A DNA stretch of 64,000 nucleotides from Gammaproteobacteria bacterium (GTDB taxonomy: Bacteria > Pseudomonadota > Gammaproteobacteria > Ga0077536): contig CAXXLL010000003.1 in assembly GCA_963662545.2 (NCBI GenBank), positions 1,184,001-1,248,000 of the forward strand. The letters run 5' to 3'. A program made the position numbers and the translations under genes. Each line of letters opens with the position of its first letter. The stretch's first letter is position 1. Shown here piece after piece: positions 10,148-20,395 of this stretch. The notes beneath the pieces were generated by a model, which saw only the letters and a program-made list of their open reading frames with translations, was not told the origin of the DNA and did not search any database.

Positions 10148-10615
10148 CTAGGCGACGGCGTAGTCGGCGGCATCCGGCGCAAGCTGGTGTGAAAAGAACT
10201 CGTTGACGATTCGCTCTGTCTGTAAGTCGATCTTAACGAAACGCAGACCGACGACGCAGCGTGGTTCCGTATTGACGGTGGTCAGGTAGAGCATCTGGCA
10301 TCGCACCGCCAGCGTCCGAATCCCGTCTCCCACCGGCAGAGCTAAGGCCACGTTGGCAAACGGGCTATTATCGGCCTCGATTTTTCCACCGTTCGGGTGC
10401 AATAGGCGCGCCGTTTCTACGGTGCAACGAATCTGTAATCCGTCGGGTGAAATATTGATGACGTTTGCTGAAATCTTCTCGCCGCCATCCGTCCTGAGTG
10501 CAACCTTGATGTCCAGGGGAATTCGGGGGTAGCGCCGCGACTCGTCGAGTTTTTCGACGAGCTGCCATACCAGATCGTTGCCGCTAGCTGGCACTTCTAC
10601 GCTTGGCTTAGCCAT
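10148..10615 (-). CDS. PilZ domain protein
   Basis: RRYPR (RxxxR) and NISPDG (D/NxSxxG) c-di-GMP-binding motifs; VGLRF strand. Confidence 0.85.
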   Translation of the reverse strand: MAKPSVEVPASGNDLVWQLVEKLDESRRYPRIPLDIKVALRTDGGEKISANVINISPDGLQIRCTVETARLLHPNGGKIEADNSPFANVALALPVGDGIRTLAVRCQMLYLTTVNTEPRCVVGLRFVKIDLQTERIVNEFFSHQLAPDAADYAVA

Positions 10616-10678
10616 GATTTAGTCCTCGCAAATGAAATAGCTGTTAGCCCGAAAAGTACACAAGGACGGCGCGAAGCG

Positions 10679-10694
10679 CAGGACTTTCGTCACA
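10679..10694. promoter_or_regulatory. Possible CRP-type site upstream of the PilZ gene
   Basis: Minus strand AAA-TGTGA-CGAAAG-TCCTG; one perfect half site. Confidence 0.3.
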
Positions 10695-10741
10695 TTTGTT
10701 GCGGCCTCATAGGCTGTGATGATGAATTTATTTGACGTCCG

Positions 10742-11629
10742 TCACAGCCTGGAGCGTTTAACATTTGTTTTATTTTTGGGACGGGCTTTCCACTGTTTCG
10801 TGCGATCTCGCAAATTCTCCAAACGAATCGCACTTTCGGTGACCTGGCTTTCCGTCATGCGCGATTTGACCAGTTCCGAATTTGATATCGCGATTTTTAG
10901 GCCGCCTTCGACGGCGAGAATGAACCAGGCCCATGCTTCCACCAGATCGAGGGGGACACCTTCCGCGTTCATGTACGCCGCGCCCAACGCGTTCTGCGCG
11001 ACCGGCAGGCCTCGCTCCGCCGCGTACCTCCACCATTTGAGACTCTGTGGGATATCCATGGATACACCTTGGCCGCGACGATGCAGGATACCGAGGTTGT
11101 ATGCCGAGTGAAGCTCGCCGCGCTCCACGCCGCTCAGCCACCACTCGCGGGCTTTTTCGAAATCCCTGGGAACCCCTTGCCCGCGATAATGGATCAGGCC
11201 TAATGCGTGAGCAGAGCGGCCGTCGCCCTGTCGCGCGGCCCGCGTTAACCAGGTGCGCGCCCGATCAACATCCTGTTGGGTACCACGCCCATGCAAATAC
11301 AGCAGACCCAAGTTGTGCTGCGCCTTCGCATGGCCCTGCTCGGCTGCGCGTTTGTACCATACTACCGCGCGTTCAAGCTTGGCGATAACGCCCCACCCTT
11401 TTTGATACGCGAGACCGGTATAGAATTGCGAGTTCGGATGACCAGCGGCGGCTGGCTCCTGGAATTCAGCGAAAGCATTACCGTGATCCCCGGCCTTGAA
11501 TGCCGCCAGTCCGGACTCGAAATCGGCTAGGGCAGAGGGCGACAATAATCCCGTAATCACTGCGAGTAGCAGCGCTCCCGCCGCCCTTGAGACAGTATTA
11601 CGGGTGGATTGAATCAAGCGCCCGCCCAT
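10742..11629 (-). CDS. Exported Sel1-repeat protein
   Basis: Signal-like hydrophobic stretch ending ALA-D; repeated AQxNLGxxYxxGxG...A..W...AA..G units. Confidence 0.9.
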   Translation of the reverse strand: MGGRLIQSTRNTVSRAAGALLLAVITGLLSPSALADFESGLAAFKAGDHGNAFAEFQEPAAAGHPNSQFYTGLAYQKGWGVIAKLERAVVWYKRAAEQGHAKAQHNLGLLYLHGRGTQQDVDRARTWLTRAARQGDGRSAHALGLIHYRGQGVPRDFEKAREWWLSGVERGELHSAYNLGILHRRGQGVSMDIPQSLKWWRYAAERGLPVAQNALGAAYMNAEGVPLDLVEAWAWFILAVEGGLKIAISNSELVKSRMTESQVTESAIRLENLRDRTKQWKARPKNKTNVKRSRL

Positions 11630-11668
11630 GTTTTACAATGACCGCGATTTTTAACATACGGGAATGAC

Positions 11669-12526
11669 ATGTCCGACCAGCGATTTACCGGTACCGATAC
11701 ATACATCGTAACTGACGACCTCATGATGGCGGTCAACGCCGCTGTCACACTGCAGCGCCCACTGCTCGTCAAGGGCGAACCCGGCACTGGGAAAACCATG
11801 CTTGCTCTCGAGGTCGCGAAGGCTCTCGAACGGCCGCTGATCGAATGGCATATCAAATCGACCATGAAAGCTGCGCAGGGTTTATATGAATACGACGCCG
11901 TAGCCCGGCTGCGTGATTCGCAGCTCGGCGAGGAAGCGGTCCACGATATTTCAAATTACATCGTCAAGGGCAAGCTTTGGGAAGCGTTCGAATCCAATAC
12001 TAAACCGGTGCTCCTGATTGACGAAATCGACAAGGCCGACATCGAATTTCCCAACGATCTGTTGCTGGAACTCGACCGGATGGAGTTTTTTGTCTATGAA
12101 ACCAAAAAAACCGTCAAGGCCACGCACCGTCCAATCATCATCATTACCAGCAACAATGAAAAGGAATTACCGGACGCTTTCCTGAGGCGCTGCTTTTTCC
12201 ACTACATCGCCTTCCCGGATCACGAGACGATGGACGCAATCGTCAAAGTGCATTACCCCGACATCAAGAAGCGTCTTCTGGCGGAAGCCCTCGAGTGCTT
12301 TTTCGAGTTACGCGAAATTCCCGGCTTGAAAAAGAAGCCATCGACCTCCGAGCTGCTCGATTGGATCAAGCTCCTGGTCGCGGAAGATATTCCGCCGGAA
12401 GCCCTGCGCGAAAAAGATTCCCGTAAGGCCATTCCGAAGCTGTACGGCGCCCTGCTTAAGAACGAGCAGGATATGCACCTATTCGAGCGGCTGGTCTTCA
12501 TGTCGAGACGCACCGGTGCTAATTGA
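11669..12526 (+). CDS. MoxR family AAA+ ATPase
   Basis: GEPGTGKT Walker A, LLIDEIDKAD Walker B, ELPDAFLRRC. Confidence 0.95.
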   Translation: MSDQRFTGTDTYIVTDDLMMAVNAAVTLQRPLLVKGEPGTGKTMLALEVAKALERPLIEWHIKSTMKAAQGLYEYDAVARLRDSQLGEEAVHDISNYIVKGKLWEAFESNTKPVLLIDEIDKADIEFPNDLLLELDRMEFFVYETKKTVKATHRPIIIITSNNEKELPDAFLRRCFFHYIAFPDHETMDAIVKVHYPDIKKRLLAEALECFFELREIPGLKKKPSTSELLDWIKLLVAEDIPPEALREKDSRKAIPKLYGALLKNEQDMHLFERLVFMSRRTGAN

Positions 12527-13700
12527 GCTTTTTCACAAACTGAGAAAGGTCCAGATTCCGGTTTCCATTACCGAGTATCTGACGCTGATGGGCGCATTGG
12601 ATGCGCGCGTCGCCGGTTTCAGCGTCAACGATTTCTACTACCTCGCGCGAACGACGCTGGTCAAGGACGAACGATATTTCGACCGCTTCGATCAGGTGTT
12701 CGGCGAGCACTTTCGGGGACAGGAAACGATTTTCGATGAATTCATCGGGGAAATACCCCTGGAGTGGCTACGCAAACAAAAAGAGCTTGATCTGACTGAC
12801 GAGGAAAAGGCGCAGATAGAGGCCCTGGGCGGCTGGGACAAGCTCATGGAAGCCCTGCGTGAACGCCTCGAAGAACAAAAAAAAGAACATCACGGGGGGA
12901 ACAAGATGATTGGTACCGGCGGCACGTCACCCTTTGGTGCTTACGGCTACAACCCCGAAGGGATCCGCATGGGGCAGGAAGAAGGCCGCCAGGGACGAGC
13001 GGTTAAAGTGTGGGATCGGCGCGATTACCGCAACCTCGACGATACGGTCGAACTGGGAACACGAAACATCAAGCTGGCGCTGCGTCAATTACGACGGTTC
13101 GCCCGCGAGGGCGCTCAAGAAGAACTCGATCTCTACGATACGATCCGCTCGACTGCGCGAAATGCGGGGCTGCTCGATATCAAGATGGTGCCGGAAAGGC
13201 ACAACGCCGTAAAAATTTTGCTGTTTCTCGATGTCGGCGGTTCCATGGACCCGTATATTCGAATCTGCGAGGAACTGTTCTCAGCGGCCCGCGCCGAATT
13301 TAAGCACCTTGAATATTTCTATTTCCACAATTTCATTTATGAGACGGTCTGGCGGGACAATAATTTGCGCGCCAACGTGAGGATCCCCACGGCGCAGGTG
13401 ATGCATACTTACAGCGCGGATCACAAACTCGTCTTCGTCGGCGATGCGACCATGAGCCCGTATGAAATCATGGCGGTCGGAGGCAGCGTCGAGCATTGGA
13501 ACGAAGAAGCCGGCGCTACCTGGATGGCCCGGTTGATGGCCATTTACCCGTATGCCGTATGGCTGAATCCGCAACCCGAAGAATTCTGGGGACACATCCC
13601 TTCCATTGGCATGGCCAAGGAGCTTTTGTCCGATCAAATGTATCCGTTGACGATCGAAGGACTCGATCGCGCCATGAAAGCCTTGAAAAAGGCGCATTAA
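12516..13700 (+). CDS. VWA-domain (CoxE-like) partner of the MoxR ATPase
   Basis: DVGGSMD MIDAS-like motif, FVGDATMSPYE, WLNP; overlaps the ATPase stop. Confidence 0.9.
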   Translation: MLIELFHKLRKVQIPVSITEYLTLMGALDARVAGFSVNDFYYLARTTLVKDERYFDRFDQVFGEHFRGQETIFDEFIGEIPLEWLRKQKELDLTDEEKAQIEALGGWDKLMEALRERLEEQKKEHHGGNKMIGTGGTSPFGAYGYNPEGIRMGQEEGRQGRAVKVWDRRDYRNLDDTVELGTRNIKLALRQLRRFAREGAQEELDLYDTIRSTARNAGLLDIKMVPERHNAVKILLFLDVGGSMDPYIRICEELFSAARAEFKHLEYFYFHNFIYETVWRDNNLRANVRIPTAQVMHTYSADHKLVFVGDATMSPYEIMAVGGSVEHWNEEAGATWMARLMAIYPYAVWLNPQPEEFWGHIPSIGMAKELLSDQMYPLTIEGLDRAMKALKKAH

Positions 13701-13812
13701 TTTTGTGTTCCGAATAATCCGACGCTTGCTTGCCTTCGAACGGGGGCTCGAATCGCTTGCGGGCGAACATAAATCTGTCTCTCCTTTTGGAAACGGTATT
13801 TAAATCCGGCAC

Positions 13813-14826
13813 GTGTACGGCCGCGCCTGTATCCGGATAATGCTGCTGCTTGCCCTGTCGCTAGAGGTATACGGCCTCGACGCGTCGCATATTGCAGTCC
13901 TCTACAACGTCTTGGACGAGGATAGCCGCGCGATCGCGTTCTACTACGCGAATAGGCGCAAAATCCCCGAGCATCACATCGTGCCCGTATCGATCAAGTC
14001 GCCGGGCCGCGACCTGGATCCGGAAAGCTTCAATGATTTATTGGATGGCGTGCGCGACAGGACGTCGGAATATGTCGAAGCTTATGTACTTGCGTGGACT
14101 TTACCCTTTCGAGTGGATTGCATGTCGATAACGTCGGCCTTTGCTTTCGGCTTTGACACAACGCACTGCGCCACGGATTGCGAAACGACGGCAGTCAATC
14201 CCTACTTCGATTCACCGTCACGTTTTCCTTACCGCGACCACGACGTGCGACCGGCAATGATGCTGGCCGGCCGCACGGTGCAAAACGTGAAAGTCCTGAT
14301 CGATCGCGGCGTGAGCTCGGATTACACGCAGCCCATCTCGACGGCTTATTTGAAAGACACAGAAGATATCGCGCGCAGTACTCGCGCTTCGCGTTATGCG
14401 ATTGCGGTAAGAAATGTATCGGACCGGTTTCCCGTGCGGGTCATCAAATCGGACGACGTTCCATACCTGCTTGACGTCATGTTTTTTTTCACGGGAGCGA
14501 AAAGCGTGCCGTACCTTAATCGCCTCGGATTCCTGCCGGGTGCGCTTGCAGATCATTTGACATCCGCCGGCGGCGTTCTGATCGGGAGTTCGCAGATGAG
14601 CATCCTCGATTGGATCGAAGCAGGCGCGACCGGCAGCTTCGGCGCCGTGACCGAGCCATGCAACTTTCCGCAGAAGTTTCCCGATCCCGCGCTGGCGATG
14701 ATGTACTACCTGAACGGCGAAACCTTGATTGAAGCCTATTGGAAAAGCGTCCGCTGGCCGGGGCAGGGTGTTTTCGTCGGCGAACCGCTCGCTAAGCCCT
14801 TCGCAAAGCGGCCGCGGGCCGACTGA
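13813..14826 (+). CDS. TIGR03790-like exported protein
   Basis: S..IA.YYA..R.IP, GALADHLTS.GG, GAT.S.G.V.EPC, GEPL motifs. Confidence 0.75.
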   Translation: MYGRACIRIMLLLALSLEVYGLDASHIAVLYNVLDEDSRAIAFYYANRRKIPEHHIVPVSIKSPGRDLDPESFNDLLDGVRDRTSEYVEAYVLAWTLPFRVDCMSITSAFAFGFDTTHCATDCETTAVNPYFDSPSRFPYRDHDVRPAMMLAGRTVQNVKVLIDRGVSSDYTQPISTAYLKDTEDIARSTRASRYAIAVRNVSDRFPVRVIKSDDVPYLLDVMFFFTGAKSVPYLNRLGFLPGALADHLTSAGGVLIGSSQMSILDWIEAGATGSFGAVTEPCNFPQKFPDPALAMMYYLNGETLIEAYWKSVRWPGQGVFVGEPLAKPFAKRPRAD

Positions 14827-14858
14827 ATCAGAAGCCGGACCCAATGTAGGCTAGTCTC

Positions 14859-15062
14859 TTGCGCCGCTTCGCACCCTTTTTATACGTTTTGCTTCTCGTC
14901 GCGGCAGTACCCTGGTACTACCCGGGCGACAATCACGCGCTGCTCTTCGGAATGCCGGCGTGGGTCGTCATCGCGATCGTGGTGTCGTTTGCTGCATCGG
15001 TACTGACCGCGTTGATCCTGCGCCGCCCGTGGCCGGGCGAAAGCGATATGGACGATGAGTAA
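14859..15062 (+). CDS. Small two-TM partner protein of a sodium:solute symporter (DUF3311/DUF997-like)
   Basis: VPWY...LFGMPAW pattern; overlaps the symporter start. Confidence 0.75.
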   Translation: MRRFAPFLYVLLLVAAVPWYYPGDNHALLFGMPAWVVIAIVVSFAASVLTALILRRPWPGESDMDDE

Positions 15063-16542
15063 TCTCGTTCCGCTCGGGCCGGGGGCTTGGGCATTCATTT
15101 CACTTTATCTGCTTTCATTATTGATCATTGGCTGGATCGCACGGCGTGCGCGGCGTGAAGACACCCTGCAGGATTTTTATCTGGCGGGAAGGGGCTTTGG
15201 TTTTACGGTGCTTTTTCTGACACTTTTCGCCACGCAGTACAGCGGTAATACCTTTTTCGCGTTCACCGGCGCCACCTACCGGATCGGCTATGCGTGGATT
15301 ACGAGCCTGCACTTCATGACCACCGTCGTGATCTGCTATTTGATCTTTGCGCCGAAACTGCATCGCCTCGCGCGTGAACGCGGCTACTTGACGCCCGGCG
15401 ATTACATTCAGGATCGATTTAAAAACAAGACGCTCACGCTCTTCGTCACGGTGATCATGATCGTTGTGCTGTGCAATTTCTTACTCGCACAATTGATGGC
15501 CATGGGTCGGGCCATGCAGGGGCTCGCCAACGACGAGGGCGCCATCGCCTACACCGGCGGTGTCATCGTGCTCGCCCTCATCATGGTGATTTACGGCACG
15601 CTGGGCGGTATGCGGGCTGTCGCGTGGACCGACGCCATTCAGGGCGGCATTCTCGCGATTGGTTTCGTGCTCTTGCTCGTCATGCTGCTCGATCGGTTCG
15701 GGCCGCTCGAGGAGGCCACGCGCATCATCATGCAGGCCGATATCGCCGGCGGTACTCGCAAAGCCCTGCCGCCCGACGCAGCCCGCTGTCGCGAATGGCT
15801 GAGTTACATCCTCACCGTAGGCTTCGGCATCTGTCTCTACCCACAGGCGATACAGCGCATCTACGCGGCGCGCTCGCCCAGGACCTTGCGTCTGAGCCTC
15901 TCGGTCATGGCGTTCATGCCCTTACCGACGATGATCATTTCACTGGTGGCCGGGATCATGGCGCTCGCCTACATCCCGGGCCTCGAAGGCGCCTCTGCCG
16001 ATCAGATCTTCGGGCGCGTGCTGCGCGAGATTCAGCTCCATTCCGCCCTCGGTTACGGTTTGGTCGTCGTTACCCTGTCAGCCGTGCTCGCCGCCATGAT
16101 GTCGACCGCGGATTCGGCGCTTCTATCGATCTCCTCCATGCTGACCAAGGACATCTGCGCCGAAAATCTGCTACCAAAGGCTTCTCAGGAAACGCTGACG
16201 CGTCTCGGCAAGGCGTTTTCCTGGCTCATCATCGTCCTTCTGATTGGAGTGGCATTGCTGCTGCGCGAAAAGGCCTCGCTGGTGACGTTAATGGATCGCA
16301 AACTCGATTTGCTGATCCAGCTCACTCCCGCTTTCATGCTCAGTTTGCGTTGGCAAAGATTGCACGGCGGTGCCGTATTCGCCGGACTCGTGACGGGCAT
16401 TGTGATCGCACTAACCTTGGCTTTCGGCGTTCTGGACTTCGTCGTCAGGGGCAAGGTATACGGCTTTCATCCCGGACTGGTGGCGCTTCTTCCCAATCTG
16501 GCGATCGCCGTCATCGGTTCCCTGCGTCAAAAATCCGACTGA
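15055..16542 (+). CDS. Sodium:solute symporter (SSS) family protein
   Basis: DFYLAGR, GGMRAVAWTDAIQG, AAMMSTADS motifs; many TM helices. Confidence 0.92.
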   Translation: MSNLVPLGPGAWAFISLYLLSLLIIGWIARRARREDTLQDFYLAGRGFGFTVLFLTLFATQYSGNTFFAFTGATYRIGYAWITSLHFMTTVVICYLIFAPKLHRLARERGYLTPGDYIQDRFKNKTLTLFVTVIMIVVLCNFLLAQLMAMGRAMQGLANDEGAIAYTGGVIVLALIMVIYGTLGGMRAVAWTDAIQGGILAIGFVLLLVMLLDRFGPLEEATRIIMQADIAGGTRKALPPDAARCREWLSYILTVGFGICLYPQAIQRIYAARSPRTLRLSLSVMAFMPLPTMIISLVAGIMALAYIPGLEGASADQIFGRVLREIQLHSALGYGLVVVTLSAVLAAMMSTADSALLSISSMLTKDICAENLLPKASQETLTRLGKAFSWLIIVLLIGVALLLREKASLVTLMDRKLDLLIQLTPAFMLSLRWQRLHGGAVFAGLVTGIVIALTLAFGVLDFVVRGKVYGFHPGLVALLPNLAIAVIGSLRQKSD

Positions 16543-16627
16543 TTGCTGCAATGCAATAATCCGCCCCAGGCCGTCGCCACAAGGTGACACCGGCCCGTCC
16601 CCTCTTTGTTCTCTTGCGTCCGCGCGT

Positions 16628-16643
16628 CGCGAAAACCATCACA
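16628..16643. promoter_or_regulatory. CRP-type site upstream of a small ORF
   Basis: Minus strand AAAA-TGTGA-TGGTTT-TCGCG. Confidence 0.45.
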
Positions 16644-16762
16644 TTTTGCCCGCCAAAGCTTTAACGGGTTCTCACTTATGGACCGAAATTCAGCGAATCT
16701 GAGTGGAATGGAACGCTTGTTGCTTTACCCACCGTAACGCCAGAAAAGCCACGGAGCTGAGC

Positions 16763-16969
16763 ATGAACGCCTTACAGCCATTGATCGAGTCCTCGCGGTA
16801 CGCCGGATACCAAGATTTAAACGGAGAGTACATTCCCTTCGAGACTGCCGACGAAGTCTTCAGCCGGGCGCGCGCGATCGGCGCGAGAGTCCTTCTACGG
16901 CTAGAGCTCGACGAACGTCACGAACTCAGAGGTATTTTTTACACCAACGACCGCAGTTTGAGCAGCTGA
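16763..16969 (+). CDS. Small hypothetical protein (68 aa)
   Basis: GGAG RBS before the ATG; only sizeable ORF in the gap. Confidence 0.55.
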   Translation: MNALQPLIESSRYAGYQDLNGEYIPFETADEVFSRARAIGARVLLRLELDERHELRGIFYTNDRSLSS

Positions 16970-17223
16970 TACCAAGCGCGTTCGAAATCGTCACAGGACA
17001 GATTTCCCGCACCACGGACCCCCTCGCCACGGACGGCCTCTTTGATACAAGCTATCGCCCTTTATCGAGTTTTGAAAAACTCGGATCTTTCACTGTCTGG
17101 TAGCTAATTGCTCACAGGCTGACTCCTTCACCGGTCTGTCCTTAACTCTAGAACTCGTTGGCGGTCGTGCGACGAACATTTCTTTTTCGTCGGCGTGAGG
17201 TGAAAATGCCGGAAGGGGCTTAA

Positions 17224-17374
17224 GGAACCTCTGAATAAGTTATGGCACACCTGCCTTGCGCCTGAAATCGCGCGGCTCGGCGCTACGAATCTTGCCCATA
17301 GTCCCCGCTATGGCCTGCGATTCGTGCCTTGATCTGCACGATTTCATCCGCGCCATAACTTATTCAGAGATTCC
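17224..17374. mobile_element. MITE family 1, copy C (151 bp, ~11 bp internal deletion)
   Basis: GGAACCTCTGAATAAGTTATGG ... CCATAACTTATTCAGAGATTCC; perfect TTAA duplication. Confidence 0.92.
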
Positions 17375-17397
17375 TTAATCTCCAATCTGACAAGACC

Positions 17398-18147
17398 ATG
17401 AAGGCTTGGCTTGTGCCAAATCCTCTCCCGAGCTTATCGCGCGAGCAGTTGTTCGCGCTGTGTTTGCCTTTTTTGGCAGCAGCGTTCATGGCCGGCTGTA
17501 GTTCTTCGAGTTCTTCCTACTTCCCCCTCGAACGTTCGCGTTGGTGGTATTACGAAATCAGCGAAACGATTCTGGACGAGCACCGCGACAGCCGCTACAT
17601 CGTCGTGAATTCCGGAAAAGGCGTACTCGACGCTCAGGACGTCTTTCTCCAGTCTGCGCAAATCACCTCGCTCGACTACCTCCGCTACAACGGAGACGGT
17701 GTCGAACGCATCGCGAGCCGCCGGCCGGGTATGCCGGGTATCGTGCGTGAAGAAAGTACGCGGGTGGTACTTCCGGACACGTTGGAACCAGGCCGCAAAT
17801 GGCGCGTGTCAACTACCCTGGGCTTGATCGAAAGTCGAACGTTCGCCCGCACCGATCGCGTCGTCGTGCGCCGGTACCCTGTAGAAATCGAAAAAACCAT
17901 CGCGGCGAACGATGCTTCCGTCCGAGTGGAAGCCGGATATTTCGATGACTGCATCCGCGTCGAAAGTGAAGGACGCGCCGTCATCGCCACCGATCGAGGA
18001 ATTTCGCAGGCCTCGGTCTTGGTTCGCATCACCGAATGGTATGCAAAAGACGTGGGCCTGGTCCGACTGAAACGTGTGGAAAGCTCCGACAGCCCGTTTT
18101 TAAAGACCGGGACGCAGACTTGGGAGCTTGCAGATTATGGAGGCTGA
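17398..18147 (+). CDS. Hypothetical lipoprotein, beta-rich
   Basis: Lipobox MAGC; YFPL...W.Y, V.VEAG.F.DC, EWYA.DVGLVR motifs. Confidence 0.75.
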   Translation: MKAWLVPNPLPSLSREQLFALCLPFLAAAFMAGCSSSSSSYFPLERSRWWYYEISETILDEHRDSRYIVVNSGKGVLDAQDVFLQSAQITSLDYLRYNGDGVERIASRRPGMPGIVREESTRVVLPDTLEPGRKWRVSTTLGLIESRTFARTDRVVVRRYPVEIEKTIAANDASVRVEAGYFDDCIRVESEGRAVIATDRGISQASVLVRITEWYAKDVGLVRLKRVESSDSPFLKTGTQTWELADYGG

Positions 18148-18213
18148 ACGCGGGTCTCCGAAAATTTGGGTTCTGCCAGGGTAGGCCAGGCGCGCGCAAG
18201 CGGGCCGCTATTA

Positions 18214-18258
18214 GAAATAATCTCAAAATTATCCGCATACGAATCCGCTTGGCGGCGA
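18214..18258. repeat. Solo terminus of a family-3 MITE
   Basis: TA|GAAATAATCTCAAAATTATCCGC matches the family-3 TIR. Confidence 0.6.
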
Positions 18259-18415
18259 ACTGATGTGCTGCCTCATGATTTTCGACGTCTATCTTGAAAC
18301 CGCCTTGTTGGGTCATGTCGAATCGATTAACCTGTGCCGCCCCCGGCCGGCCTGGACCGCAGTACAGCTCGTCGTCGTTGCCGGAGAGCGGGTGCAAATC
18401 GAATAAGGCGGCTCC

Positions 18416-19900
18416 GTGACACCGGATCGAAAAAACGAACTGCGCGATGCGGAATACCGGCGCGTGCCCGTGACGCGGCGCGTGCTGGCCGATCTCGACA
18501 CGCCGCTCAGCGTTTATGCGAAGCTCGCCCGCGGCAGGCACTCCTTCCTCCTCGAATCGGTCGAAGGCGGCGAAAAATGGGGCCGTTATTCCATCATCGG
18601 CCTGCCCGCGACGCGCACGATCGTCGTTCGTGGAAACCGCGTCATTGTGAGCGAGGGCGAGCGCGCGATCGAAGAGACGACGGTCGAGGACCCGCTCGCC
18701 TTCATCGAGGCTTACCAGGCTCGTTTTGCTGTGCCGCCTGCCGAAGATCTGCCCAGATTCTGCGGCGGTCTCGTCGGCTACTTCGGCTATGACGCGGTCC
18801 GGTTCGTCGAGCCGCGGCTGCGTGATACGAGCCCGCCCGATCCTCTGAATACGCCCGATATCTTTTTGCTTCAGGCCGATGAATTCGTCATTTTCGACAA
18901 CCTGAGAGGCGAATTGCTGCTGGTCAACTACATCGATGCCGATGACCGGAGCGCGCGCGAATGCGCCGTAGGGAAACTCGAAGAACTGGCGCAACGCCTC
19001 AAGGCACCGGTGCCGGCTTTTCCCGTCGCCACCGGAAACACGCCGGCGGATGAAGCGGATTTCGATTCGGAATTCGGCAGCGAGGCGTTCATGCGCGCGG
19101 TCGAGCGGGTCAAACAGTACATCATCGACGGCGATGTCATGCAGGTCGTCCTGGCGCAACGTATGTCCATCGATCTCGACGTCCCCCCGCTCCATGTATA
19201 CCGGGCGTTGCGGCACTTAAATCCCTCGCCGTATTTGTTCTACCTGGATCTGGATGACTTTCACGTGATCGGATCATCGCCGGAAATCCTGGTCAGACTG
19301 GAAGACGGCCTGGTGACGACGCGGCCACTGGCCGGTACGCGTCCACGCGGGCGTACGCCCGAAGAAGATTTAGCGCTGGAACGGGAACTGCTCTCCGATC
19401 CAAAGGAGTTGGCCGAACACCTGATGCTCATCGATCTCGGCCGTAATGACATCGGGCGGGTCTCTGAAACGGGTAGCGTACGGGTTACTGAAAAGATGGT
19501 GATCGAGCGCTACTCGCACGTCATGCATATTTCGTCCAACGTAGAAGGCACCCTAAAGGCCGGCAAGACCGCCATGGACGTTTTGCGCGCGACACTTCCA
19601 GTCGGAACGCTCTCGGGTGCGCCGAAAATTCGAGCGATGGAGATCATCGACGAACTCGAACCGGTCAAACGAGGAGTGTATGGCGGTGCGGTCGGTTATC
19701 TCTCCTGGAACGGCAACATGGATACCGCAATTGCAATACGCACCGCCGTCATGAAAGAGGGCCGGCTCTATATAGAAGCGGGATGTGGGATCGTGGCCGA
19801 TTCCGTGCCGCAGCTCGAGTGGGAAGAAACCATGAACAAGGGCCGCGCCATCTTCCGCGCCGTCGCGATGGCGCAGAGCGGGCTCGAGCCGACGGATTGA
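18416..19900 (+). CDS. trpE: Anthranilate synthase component I
   Basis: [55 protein letters not shown]. Confidence 0.95.
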   Translation: MTPDRKNELRDAEYRRVPVTRRVLADLDTPLSVYAKLARGRHSFLLESVEGGEKWGRYSIIGLPATRTIVVRGNRVIVSEGERAIEETTVEDPLAFIEAYQARFAVPPAEDLPRFCGGLVGYFGYDAVRFVEPRLRDTSPPDPLNTPDIFLLQADEFVIFDNLRGELLLVNYIDADDRSARECAVGKLEELAQRLKAPVPAFPVATGNTPADEADFDSEFGSEAFMRAVERVKQYIIDGDVMQVVLAQRMSIDLDVPPLHVYRALRHLNPSPYLFYLDLDDFHVIGSSPEILVRLEDGLVTTRPLAGTRPRGRTPEEDLALERELLSDPKELAEHLMLIDLGRNDIGRVSETGSVRVTEKMVIERYSHVMHISSNVEGTLKAGKTAMDVLRATLPVGTLSGAPKIRAMEIIDELEPVKRGVYGGAVGYLSWNGNMDTAIAIRTAVMKEGRLYIEAGCGIVADSVPQLEWEETMNKGRAIFRAVAMAQSGLEPTD

Positions 19901-19926
19901 TCCAAATGCCCCCGGCTCGGTTTATC

Positions 19927-19998
19927 TATGAGATGATTCATGAGCAGCTTGATTTTGTAGCAATTGCCGGACTGAATATCTCCATAGACTCGATACAC
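19927..19998 (-). pseudogene. N-terminal fragment of a glutathione S-transferase
   Basis: MYRVYGDIQSGNCYKIKLLMNHL resembles the GST N-terminus (SGNCYK); AGGA RBS; similarity stops after ~23 codons. Confidence 0.6.
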
Positions 19999-20175
19999 CT
20001 ACATTCCTGCTTCTGCCGTATAACGATGAGGATCACCGGCGTGTTACAGCGCGTTTGTTTGGGATGAAAATAGGACCGCGGGACGTTCCCTCGGAAACGC
20101 TTTTTTAGTGAGAAGCATTCGTATTTGCTGGCGATCGGTTGATGCCGATACTGAAAAAAATCCTGCGAACCCGCG

Positions 20176-20394
20176 CTAATCGATCTCCACCGCGACCATG
20201 CCCGCATCGAGACCCTCGGTGCCCTCGGTGACATGCACCGCCCTGACCACGCCGTCGGCGGGCGCGTCGTGCGGAACCTCCATTTTCATGATTTCCATGA
20301 TGAAAAGGGTGTCTCCTGCCTTCACCGCGTCGCCGGGTTTGACCAGGACCTTCCACATGTTGCCCGCCGATTGCAAACTTACTTCCTTCACCAA
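20176..20394 (-). CDS. Stand-alone biotin carboxyl carrier domain protein
   Basis: EIMKME biotinylation motif; G..WKVLVKPGD.V..GD. Confidence 0.9.
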   Translation of the reverse strand: MVKEVSLQSAGNMWKVLVKPGDAVKAGDTLFIMEIMKMEVPHDAPADGVVRAVHVTEGTEGLDAGMVAVEID

Positions 20395-20395
20395 T

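Noticed and set aside
11669-13700. MoxR-VWA pair as a novel system
   Set aside because: Common, well-known chaperone-like module.
18260-18415. trp attenuator leader, or a missing trpG as an anomaly
   Set aside because: No Trp-rich leader seen; trpE separate from trpG is known, e.g. in Pseudomonas.
18029-19216. Long antisense ORFs (also 639-1529, 33282-34241, 52851-53798, 57731-58777)
   Set aside because: Shadows of well-supported genes on the opposite strand, expected at high GC.
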